Of a stretch of 64,000 nucleotides of DNA, positions 57,425-64,000 are shown piece by piece. Where the stretch lies: NCBI RefSeq assembly GCF_016026235.1, contig NZ_CP065613.1. One strand, given 5' to 3'. How positions within the stretch are numbered: position 1 is the first letter of the stretch; each line of letters starts with the position of its first letter. The notes beneath the pieces were generated by a model. That model made no database searches. It worked only from the letters and a program-made list of their open reading frames with translations, and was not told the DNA's origin. The translations under genes and the position numbers were made by a program. The stretch comes from Escherichia coli (lineage in GTDB: Bacteria; Pseudomonadota; Gammaproteobacteria; Enterobacterales; Enterobacteriaceae).

Positions 57425-57453
57425 TTGAGACACTTTCAACGTAACGGTAGAAT
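57425..57453 (+). promoter_or_regulatory. sigma-70 promoter for the recombinase (TTGAGA -17 bp- TAGAAT), embedded in repeated TTTTGAGAC motifs
   Basis: -35 at 57425-57430 and -10 at 57448-57453. The 11-bp inverted repeat ccttttgagac/gtctcaaaagg (57421-57431 / 57467-57477) brackets it; further TGAGAC copies at ~57491 and ~57505. Confidence 0.55.
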
Positions 57454-57526
57454 GCACCCTCAAGTAGTCTCAAAAGGTTGTTTTTGGATTATGAGACTAA
57501 CTTTTGAGACTTCTAAGGGGAACATT

Positions 57527-58078
57527 ATGGCGATACTTGGATATTGCAGGGTGAGTACAGATGACCAATCCATCACTAACCAGCAAATGCAAATTGAAGA
57601 GGCAGGGTACAACATTGCTAAATGGTTCACTGATGAAGCTGTCAGTGGTTCTGTCAAAGCTTCTTTAAGAAACGGTTTCAGTAGTTTGTTAGCTTATGCA
57701 CGAGAAGGTGACACCGTAGTTGTGGTAGCTGTAGACCGTCTTGGACGTGACACAATTGATGTGTTATCAACGGTTAAAGCGCTACAGGCTAAAGGTGTGA
57801 CAGTTATCAGCCTTAGAGAAGGGTTTGACTTATCAAGCGCTATGGGTGAAGCAATGTTAGGCATTATGTCAACGTTGGCACAGCTTGAAAGAAGCTTGAT
57901 AGCAGAGCGTAGAAAGGCTGGTATTGAACGTGCTAAAGCTGAAGGGGTACATATGGGAAGACCTGTAAAAGCTTCTTCAGAGGCTGTACAGATGCTTATT
58001 TCACAAGGTAAAACGAGGTTGCAGATTCAGGAAGAGCTAGGAATCTCTAGAGCAACTTATTACAGACTTGCTAAATAA
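57527..58078 (+). CDS. small serine recombinase of the Hin/Gin/Pin invertase-resolvase family (184 aa)
   Basis: MAILGYCRVSTDDQ catalytic-serine motif, VVAVDRLGRDTIDVL, C-terminal HTH GISRATYYRLAK; RBS taagggg 7 nt upstream. ORF track 57389..58078. Confidence 0.88.
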   Translation: MAILGYCRVSTDDQSITNQQMQIEEAGYNIAKWFTDEAVSGSVKASLRNGFSSLLAYAREGDTVVVVAVDRLGRDTIDVLSTVKALQAKGVTVISLREGFDLSSAMGEAMLGIMSTLAQLERSLIAERRKAGIERAKAEGVHMGRPVKASSEAVQMLISQGKTRLQIQEELGISRATYYRLAK

Positions 58079-58422
58079 GTTATTAAACAGTTACATGGAT
58101 GTGACTGATATTTGGCTTTTTTGCAAAGGGGGTGCTATATCGAGAATGTACCGTACCAAGCAGCTACAGACATCTGTTAGATATTTTCGAAGATTTTTAG
58201 AAGGGGAATTTGAAGAGGGGCTACTACGATTTTATAAAAATTTTCAGATTCTGAAAAGTTACTGTACAGAATACATACAGACATCTTTAAAGTATCTATA
58301 AAGACTTTTAAGATAAAAGATAGATATCCCAGAAAGGATATCCGTTTAGAAAGCCTGTTAAGTATCTCTTAAAAGAGAGTAAACCTTGTCAATAGTGATT
58401 GCAATAAAAATTTTTATTTCTT

Positions 58423-59085
58423 ATGTCAATTGAGCATATTTTAATCGGGAAACATCATGGGGGTTCTGATTACTGGAGAACTCCATTTCTTATATTCCGC
58501 AATTTGCACCGTGAATTTATTTTCAGTCTGGATGGTGCTGCAACTGAGCATGACACGCTGTTACCACGATTCACCGATGATATTCACAATCAGTCATGGG
58601 ATGGTGAAAGGGTCTTCGTTAACCCACCATACAGCGACACTAAAACATTCCTCGTAAAAGCGTCTGAAGCAGATTTAGCGGTATTCCTGATACCGTACCG
58701 ACCCCAAACCATATACTGGCTTAAGCACATCTTCACAAACCCGCTTTGCCATGAAATCCGTATTCTTCATCGTGCAGTTAAATACCTTCCACCAGCAGGG
58801 CATAACAGGCTTACTATTAGGTCACCGTTTCCAAGTGCAGTCGTTGTTTTTAAAAAAGAACCACGTAAGCATGAAATTACACAGATGATTTGCTGTGGTG
58901 ACACATTGCTACCGTTAACCATCATTAACCGTGGTGGACTAAGAGGAAGACCCACCATTTACCCACCTGAGACGCTCGACAGCTTCATAAAACTATACAG
59001 GCAAGGCAAACCCATTAAGTGCATTGCAGATGCTCTCAGAATGCCCCTGAGCACGTCATACAGGATTGCTCAAAGGTTGAGCTAA
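58423..59085 (+). CDS. phage Dam-type N6-adenine DNA methyltransferase (NPPY motif) with C-terminal resolvase-like HTH extension
   Basis: GGSDYWRTPF...FSLDGAATEHDT...ERVFVNPPYSD resembles the phage N-6-adenine-methyltransferase family. The last ~60 aa (PIKCIADALRMPLSTSYRIAQRLS) resemble a resolvase-type HTH. Confidence 0.7.
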   Translation: MSIEHILIGKHHGGSDYWRTPFLIFRNLHREFIFSLDGAATEHDTLLPRFTDDIHNQSWDGERVFVNPPYSDTKTFLVKASEADLAVFLIPYRPQTIYWLKHIFTNPLCHEIRILHRAVKYLPPAGHNRLTIRSPFPSAVVVFKKEPRKHEITQMICCGDTLLPLTIINRGGLRGRPTIYPPETLDSFIKLYRQGKPIKCIADALRMPLSTSYRIAQRLS

Positions 59086-59465
59086 AATTCTCATAAATAT
59101 GGTCATTTACAAGACAGGTGTTTTAGATATTAAGAAGTATCCCTGTGAACAATAAATGACCAATCAGTAATTATTCTGTGAAATAATTGTTGCAATTTAT
59201 AATCACATCTGTTATAGTTTCTATGGGCTGATAAAAGAACTCAGAACATTAAGAGGTTACAACGTTGGGAGGCGTCAGAGTATTGACGGATTTTCACAGC
59301 CTCTTATTCATTCAAGGCTTTTCCTTTTGCTGTTAATGCTCGCGTAATCGCTCAGGCTTCTGAGTTCCTTTATCAGTCCATCTTCTAATTAATTCACTCC
59401 CTCTGGGGTTGGTCACTATACGTGGTCAGCCCTTTCTTTGTTTTATTTTTAAAAAGGAAAACGTA

Positions 59466-60401
59466 ATGGAAAAATTTCACATGTTTGATGACCGTATTTA
59501 TCAGATGACTAATGGCGTTAAAGCTGCCGACCGTATTATTTACACTGTCATGTTGAATGAACAAAAGTTTTATCACGATAAGGGGCAATATTATACCCCT
59601 TCATATGCTCATCTTGGTCAGTATGCTGGAATCACAAGAACATCCGTGATTGCATGTATGAAACGACTTGAGGCACATGGTTTAATCAAGAAAACTAACG
59701 TTGCAAGCAATCAGTGTGTTATTAAAGTTTATTCACTTGATGAAGTACCGGAAGTTTTAACAGAGCTTACAGCTAAGGAAGCCAGAAAGGCAAAGCTGGA
59801 GTCTAAAGTTACTCAGTCAGTCAAGAAAGATGACCCACTGAGTCAAAATTCTTTACCCACTGAGTCAAAATTTTTTACTCAGTCAGTCAAAATCTTTGAC
59901 ACGTATAATAACAGTAATAACAAGAAAGAACTTATTAATAACAATAAAGAAGATGACTTTGAAGAAGAATCTCTTAAGAAGGGAGCTTCGCTCTGTGATT
60001 CACATGAATGTGATTCTCTTGGTATTGAAGAGGCTATTAAACAATCTGACTTGGATGACCTTGATAAAGAGGCTATTAAACAAGATGAAGTAAACTCTGA
60101 TGTGAATGAAGTTAGTGACCAGCAAGATACACCTTGCCGCCTCGAATCAACTGATGATGAATTACCGGATGTTGACCTTGATGATGAAGAAGACCCTGAA
60201 GAGGAATTGAAACGTGAACAGCGTAAAGCAGAAATTAAAGAAAGATTCAGAAAGGCGAAGCTAAAGAGCAGGATTGATGAACTTGATGACTTTGATGATA
60301 GTGACGATGATTTTACTTTTACACCAAAAAAGAAAACTCACACCGAGCCAAAGAAAGAAAAAGTTAAAGTCAGACGTGTTTATGGTGGAGGAATGTTTTA
60401 A
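59466..60401 (+). CDS. lambda-O-like replication initiator (winged-helix N-domain) with long acidic low-complexity C-terminus
   Basis: YTPSYAHLGQYAGITRTSVIACMKRLEAHGLIKK DNA-binding motif typical of phage replication-protein O N-domains; iterons inside the gene; RBS aaggaaa before ATG 59466. ORF track 59409..60401. Confidence 0.6.
   Translation: MEKFHMFDDRIYQMTNGVKAADRIIYTVMLNEQKFYHDKGQYYTPSYAHLGQYAGITRTSVIACMKRLEAHGLIKKTNVASNQCVIKVYSLDEVPEVLTELTAKEARKAKLESKVTQSVKKDDPLSQNSLPTESKFFTQSVKIFDTYNNSNNKKELINNNKEDDFEEESLKKGASLCDSHECDSLGIEEAIKQSDLDDLDKEAIKQDEVNSDVNEVSDQQDTPCRLESTDDELPDVDLDDEEDPEEELKREQRKAEIKERFRKAKLKSRIDELDDFDDSDDDFTFTPKKKTHTEPKKEKVKVRRVYGGGMF
59811..59893 (+). repeat. candidate origin: four iterons (ACTCAGTCAGTCAAG, ACCCACTGAGTCAAAATT x2, ACTCAGTCAGTCAAAAT) followed by an AT-rich stretch, inside the rep gene
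   Basis: Direct/inverted repeats read at 59811-59825, 59833-59850, 59855-59872 and 59877-59893, then acgtataataacagtaataacaag; architecture like lambda ori within gene O. Confidence 0.6.
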
Positions 60402-60691
60402 TGAAAACTTATAATGGCGAGAGAAAATACCGTGACTATTTACTCAGACGTTACAGCATTTCTCGTGAAGGTTACTTGATGAAAGATACTCACGGGGAAG
60501 TTTACCGGATTCGACCGAAGAAAGAAGGGAGGGATTATTATTTCGTCGATGGTGTGACAGATTTAAAGATTGACGCTTTGAGGTTTGCAGTGATGTATCA
60601 TTTTGATATCTGGGATTCAGTCCACCAGCTACGATTAAAAGACGGTGACCCCAATAACTTAAAGGCCACCAATATTATCACAAAACGTTAG
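60401..60691 (+). CDS. HNH_3/NUMOD4-like small protein (96 aa), translationally coupled to the rep gene (ATGA overlap)
   Basis: YSISREGYLMKDTHGEVYRIRPKKEGRDYYFVDGV...VHQLRLKDGDPNNLKATNI fits the Y-x-VS-x-G-x-V...H-x-DG-x-x-NN-x-x-NL pattern of phage HNH homing-endonuclease-like proteins. Confidence 0.45.
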   Translation: MKTYNGERKYRDYLLRRYSISREGYLMKDTHGEVYRIRPKKEGRDYYFVDGVTDLKIDALRFAVMYHFDIWDSVHQLRLKDGDPNNLKATNIITKR

Positions 60692-60873
60692 TTTGTTTTA
60701 CCATCATCAATCGTAATTGTGATTTCATATTTGAAAAGCTTAATGCTGAAATTGAATCGTGTACTTTTGGCGATAATCATTTTTAAAAGCTGATACACCA
60801 GAAGCACCAGAAACACAAAGCAACCTAAGCTTGCGAATCTGTGAGATTCAGCAATTGTTTCAAGAAAGCCCAT
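60688..60873 (-). CDS. 61-aa single-pass membrane protein on the opposite strand, with strong RBS
   Basis: MGFLETIAESHRFASLGCFVFLVLLVYQLLKMIIAK...; rc shows TAAGGGGAATTAATG (SD 5 nt before ATG); driven by a near-consensus minus-strand promoter. Confidence 0.55.
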   Translation of the reverse strand: MGFLETIAESHRFASLGCFVFLVLLVYQLLKMIIAKSTRFNFSIKLFKYEITITIDDGKTN

Positions 60874-60924
60874 TAATTCCCCTTATTTATCAAAGGGAAT
60901 GACCTGTATCAGCCCCCTATAAAC

Positions 60925-60975
60925 ATAATATCATGTAAATGAGATGTTGACAATATGTTAAATAAATGTTAAGAT
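60925..60975. promoter_or_regulatory. face-to-face divergent promoters sharing the TTGACAA core
   Basis: Minus strand: TTGTCA -17- TATTAT (60948-60953 / 60925-60930). Plus strand: TTGACA -17- TAAGAT (60947-60952 / 60970-60975). Geometry resembles a phage immunity/anti-immunity switch. Confidence 0.5.
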
Positions 60976-61011
60976 TGTAGTATGAGCAAGAGATTTAAGG
61001 AGATTTTTGCA

Positions 61012-61302
61012 ATGACTCACACAGTTACGCGCCTTTTGCCAGAGGCATTTGAACGACTGGCAGCAATCAAAGCCAAATACCCTGATATGAAGCACACAGC
61101 GCTTGTTGGAGAGCTTTTAAAAGAGTCGGTAGCCCTGACCCCTTTCGATAACGTTAAGGGCGTTGCAGAGGGTTCTAAGGCCATCAGAATCACAACAGGC
61201 CAACTGGAACTACTCAAAGCACAGTCCGCAGTAGCAGGTTGCTCAATGATTCAGGTGTTAAGCGCGAAGGTTCATCAACTGGCGGATAGATTGGAGGTTT
61301 GA
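61012..61302 (+). CDS. hypothetical protein (96 aa from ATG 61012 with AAGGAG SD; alternative leaderless start at 60982 gives 106 aa)
   Basis: MTHTVTRLLPEAFERLAAIKAKYPDMKHTALVGELLKE...; no recognisable domain. Confidence 0.5.
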   Translation: MTHTVTRLLPEAFERLAAIKAKYPDMKHTALVGELLKESVALTPFDNVKGVAEGSKAIRITTGQLELLKAQSAVAGCSMIQVLSAKVHQLADRLEV

Positions 61303-61727
61303 TGCTATGTACATTTGATTATCATGCGTTTTATCGCCATAGAGGTCATCTTGTCCGTGAGAATAACGGAACATGGAAAGATTTAACTCGTAATGCTGAA
61401 CCCTTCACACACCAGCAATTAAAATCCCGCTTCTCCAGATGGAAGAATGCACCAGCAGATACTGGTGATTTTGAGATTACCCATACATTTGATTACGCAT
61501 CAGAAGATGACCTTCGCAATGCAATTAAGCTGATTGAAGACTTCAATACCTCAGAAGATGTGGATGGTGACAAATATAAATCCCGTGGTAACCGCTATAA
61601 CCGTGATGATATCACTCAGGCCATAAATGCTGGTCAATCTCAGCGATACATCACAGAAAAATATGGTATTTCACGGAGACAGTATTTCTACGTTAAATCA
61701 TTGATTAATAAGGACAATTCAAAATAA
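61299..61727 (+). CDS. hypothetical protein with C-terminal resolvase-type HTH (142 aa)
   Basis: C-terminus DDITQAINAGQSQRYITEKYGISRRQYFYVKSL resembles invertase/resolvase HTH; ATGA-coupled to the upstream ORF. Confidence 0.5.
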   Translation: MMLCTFDYHAFYRHRGHLVRENNGTWKDLTRNAEPFTHQQLKSRFSRWKNAPADTGDFEITHTFDYASEDDLRNAIKLIEDFNTSEDVDGDKYKSRGNRYNRDDITQAINAGQSQRYITEKYGISRRQYFYVKSLINKDNSK

Positions 61728-61735
61728 CCATCTAA

Positions 61736-61752
61736 GTAACGGTAGAATGCAC
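61736..61752 (+). repeat. 17-bp motif GTAACGGTAGAATGCAC, second copy in direct orientation (first copy at 57441-57457 in the recombinase promoter)
   Basis: Exact 17/17 match read at both positions, 4.3 kb apart. Confidence 0.7.
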
Positions 61753-61888
61753 TTTACAGGCAGAGTTGCACCTTAATTTGATAAATTACCTTACCAGCCA
61801 GTGCAACTCCCTCTGTAACCCGCATGGTTACTGGCCTCAGAATGGCTATTTTAAGAGGTCTGAGATGTGTTTTATAGGAAATTTAAAA

Positions 61889-62212
61889 ATGAGCAATTAC
61901 GAATTACAGATTTTTGTTGATAACGACACCGTGACCATGCTTCAACACTTCACTGATGTAGGTATCGCAATTAATTTTGATAAATTACTAAAGCTGATGG
62001 CTGATAATGCAGAAAACATCTCTGACTTTATTCAGTCGGTGGAGTTTAACGAGCCCCGAATGATGCTACCAATTACAGACAGCAGTATGAAGCGTCTTAT
62101 TATTGAGGAAACTAACCGATACAGCGTTAGCCCTGAAAAATATCTCAAGGCGGCTGTAACAATTTTGTACGCTGACAGTATTCTGGTGACGGATTCTGTG
62201 AGGGTTCACTAA
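61889..62212 (+). CDS. hypothetical protein (107 aa from ATG 61889; ORF track 61766..62212 begins at an upstream TTG)
   Basis: MSNYELQIFVDNDTVTMLQHFTDVGIAINFDKLLKLMADNAENI...; no recognisable domain. Confidence 0.4.
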   Translation: MSNYELQIFVDNDTVTMLQHFTDVGIAINFDKLLKLMADNAENISDFIQSVEFNEPRMMLPITDSSMKRLIIEETNRYSVSPEKYLKAAVTILYADSILVTDSVRVH

Positions 62213-62313
62213 TGGGTTTAATAATTGCTTGGACGTTGCTTGGCTTATTTGTTGGTTGCTGGGTGGGTAATACGGTAAATAAAAATTGATATTACCAATC
62301 TGTTAAAAAGCTG

Positions 62314-62342
62314 TTGACAAATAACCTTAAGCATGGCATAAT
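62314..62342 (+). promoter_or_regulatory. near-consensus sigma-70 promoter TTGACA -17 bp- CATAAT
   Basis: -35 at 62314-62319, -10 at 62337-62342; no ORF for the next 335 nt. Confidence 0.6.
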
Positions 62343-62677
62343 TTTAATTATGGGAGAGCAATTCTCTCTTATTTCTTTCAACAATTCCATCTACGTCTAG
62401 GGATAGTTATTCTGAAAGGTGCAATGCTTTTCGTCATGGCTTATTTAGCCCGCACTAAATAGGCCATATCAAAAATCTTTGTTCATTCATTGAATCCTTT
62501 AGATGTTTTTAATTTCTTCACCTTATGAATAGCCCTTTATAAGAAATTATCTAGGGCTATTCAGTTTTTAAAAAGCATACTTGGCAAACGCTTTTAAGTC
62601 TCTTCTAAGTTTTTTGTATGGCTGTCAAGTATGCTTTTTAAAAACTGAAATACTTTAGCTTAGAAGAGGAAAAAACA
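62343..62677 (+). ncRNA. candidate structured leader/ncRNA with a 24-bp perfect inverted repeat (62560-62583 / 62626-62649, 42-nt loop) and a second 8-bp IR (atagccct...agggctat, ~62527-62560)
   Basis: ttcagtttttaaaaagcatacttg ... caagtatgctttttaaaaactgaa read directly; region lacks any ORF; ends 28 nt before the strong SD agaggaaaaaacaATG of the next gene. Confidence 0.45.
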
Positions 62678-63388
62678 ATGACAAACGATTTATATTTTAA
62701 CGGTCGAAAGATTGATAGCTTCGGTGACTGGTCACCACAGACTGAACATCCGCTACATATTATTCAGCGTCAAGAGCATGACAAGCGTATTGAGCTTGAG
62801 CAAGAAATCCGAAGGTCACCAAAGGTAATTTCCTTTGTGTCCCCTGAGCCTCAAGAGATGCCTGATGTATGCAAAACTGAATCATTATTTAATCTTGAGC
62901 GTGAATATTACCCACTGCTAAAAGCACAGCGTATTAAACTAGATGATGCTTACGATGCTGTTAAGAACTTCGAAGAAACCTCGAAACCTTCAGAATATGA
63001 TATTGCTTACGAGATTAAGTCAAACCCGTTTATCTATTATGAAGGAAACTTTAATGATGGTTTTGGTACAGCGATTGAAGACGTTCCTAAAGTTCTTCAA
63101 AGTATCCCTGAAGGGTTCCGGTTAATTGATGTCAGACAAGCATTAAGGGGTTCTGGTCAATTTATTCTGATGACTGGTAAAACAGATGAAGAGATTCTTC
63201 AGTTAGCTGAAGCTAATTTGACTAAGCATTATTCCGGTAAACTGGATAAGTTAAAGCAAAAGCTTAAAAAAGAACTTGATAGCATGAAAGAACTTGTTAG
63301 TGAATATGAATCACAGAAGAAGATTGCTATGCAGGCTGATATTGAGCAGCTTACGAAGATTTCTCAGAAATATAGCAAAGCACTTTAA
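62678..63388 (+). CDS. hypothetical protein (236 aa) with C-terminal coiled-coil
   Basis: MTNDLYFNGRKIDSFGDWSPQ...; strong RBS AGAGGA; K/E-rich heptad-like C-terminus; no recognisable domain. Confidence 0.6.
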   Translation: MTNDLYFNGRKIDSFGDWSPQTEHPLHIIQRQEHDKRIELEQEIRRSPKVISFVSPEPQEMPDVCKTESLFNLEREYYPLLKAQRIKLDDAYDAVKNFEETSKPSEYDIAYEIKSNPFIYYEGNFNDGFGTAIEDVPKVLQSIPEGFRLIDVRQALRGSGQFILMTGKTDEEILQLAEANLTKHYSGKLDKLKQKLKKELDSMKELVSEYESQKKIAMQADIEQLTKISQKYSKAL

Positions 63389-63402
63389 TTATGAGGTGGT
63401 GA

Positions 63403-63609
63403 ATGATTGATTTAACAGAACGCTATGAGCTTATTAAAGCAATTAGCGAACGATTGAAAGAACAACCCAACAAACCAAAACGAATCAAATCATCCACCTC
63501 CTCTAAGCAAAATAACAGAATCAGAAGAATCGCTAAATGGTGTCTTGATAAATTACCAAGTGATTGTCAGATTGTCGGTGAAGATGGTAATTATTATCTG
63601 GTTAGGTAA
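63403..63609 (+). CDS. hypothetical basic small protein (68 aa)
   Basis: MIDLTERYELIKAISERLKEQPNKPKRIKSS...; RBS gaggtggtga before the ATG. Confidence 0.45.
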   Translation: MIDLTERYELIKAISERLKEQPNKPKRIKSSTSSKQNNRIRRIAKWCLDKLPSDCQIVGEDGNYYLVR

Positions 63610-63633
63610 AAATTGGTTGGGTAGAAAATCTAC

Positions 63634-63676
63634 GGGAGAGATTATCGATATTATTCGGTAGTTTCTCCCTTTTTTG
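63634..63676 (+). terminator. possible rho-independent terminator (gggaga...tctccc + T6)
   Basis: 6-bp stem with long loop followed by tttttt. Confidence 0.35.
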
Positions 63677-63775
63677 TATGTGCACTACGTGAAATCTGTA
63701 AAGCTAATATCTACACTGAAAAATAGAATTTACGTACAACACGCTTAAACAAAGGTATGAGGTGAAAAAATATGA

Positions 63776-64000
63776 ATGAGCAAATTCACAGTTGATAGTT
63801 TTATCGTTGAACTGGGCTTCAATGAGAACGTTATTAAAGGTCTGCAAAAAGTTGAAAAGGCAGCTTTGCAGTCAGCACAAAAAATTGAACGGAATTTGAA
63901 TAGAGCGTTTAAGGTCGATACCAAGCAACTTGACAGCAATTTAACGGCTTCTTTAAAGTCAATGGAGGGGAAGATTAATAAAACTTTTGACCGTCTGGAA
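63776..64000 (+). CDS. 5' part of an ORF running off the window end
   Basis: MSKFTVDSFIVELGFNENVIKGLQKVEKAALQSAQKIERNLNRAF...; RBS gaggtg upstream; no stop before the window end. Confidence 0.45.
   Translation, partial: MSKFTVDSFIVELGFNENVIKGLQKVEKAALQSAQKIERNLNRAFKVDTKQLDSNLTASLKSMEGKINKTFDRLE

Larger units (their letters stand above)
56939..64000 (+). mobile_element. prophage-like / integrative element inserted in mdtG (AT-rich, at least 7 kb, continues past window end)
   Basis: Abrupt loss of mdtG homology, lower GC, and phage-type modules: serine recombinase, Dam-like MTase, O-like replication protein with iterons, HNH-like protein, divergent-promoter switch, unknown ORFs with strong SD sequences. 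Confidence 0.8.

Noticed and set aside
58068-58301. 77-aa TTG-initiated ORF overlapping the recombinase 3' end.
   Set aside because: Non-ATG start, no RBS, AT-rich low-complexity sequence; more likely an intergenic or promoter region for the MTase gene.
57441-61752. The 17-bp repeat pair as boundaries of an invertible, phase-variable segment for the Hin-like recombinase.
   Set aside because: The two copies are in direct, not inverted, orientation. No inverted copy was found within the window.
63776-64000. Partial ORF as a phage tail tape-measure N-terminus (resembles the MxxxVGDLVVDLSLD-type starts).
   Set aside because: No head or tail genes precede it and only 75 residues are visible; similarity is too weak to call.

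Overview
This window is a 64-kb stretch of Escherichia coli chromosome. It is collinear with the K-12 yccM-torSTRCAD-cbpMA-yccE-agp-yccJ-wrbA-ymdF-rutGFEDCBA-rutR-putAP-efeUOB-phoH-pga-ycdU-serX-ghrA-ycdXYZ-csg-ymdAB-clsC-opgCGH-yceK-msyB-mdtG region, with strain-specific rearrangements. efeU is intact, unlike the K-12 frameshifted allele. An IS3 copy truncates pgaB, and pgaA/ycdT are missing. An IS1 copy replaces csgDEF and the 5' end of csgG. yccE carries an in-frame TGA. A 1.56-kb IS110-family (DEDD transposase) element sits next to tRNA-Ser serX, flanked by 72-bp direct repeats of the tRNA 3' end and terminator; its 339-nt structured non-coding region is a bridge-RNA candidate. From about 56939 to the window end, a foreign AT-rich prophage-like element of at least 7 kb interrupts mdtG. 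That element carries a Hin/Gin-type serine recombinase, a Dam-like N6-adenine methyltransferase fused to a resolvase-type HTH, a lambda-O-like replication initiator with internal iterons, an HNH-like small protein, a divergent-promoter switch with a 61-aa membrane protein, and several unknown ORFs. One unknown ORF is preceded by a consensus promoter and a 335-nt structured leader containing a 24-bp perfect inverted repeat. The most likely undescribed systems are this mdtG insertion, especially its leader-RNA plus 236-aa ORF module and its switch region, and the serX-associated IS110-like element. Coordinates taken from ORF-track arithmetic are firm; those read directly from the sequence lines may be off by 1-2 nt.
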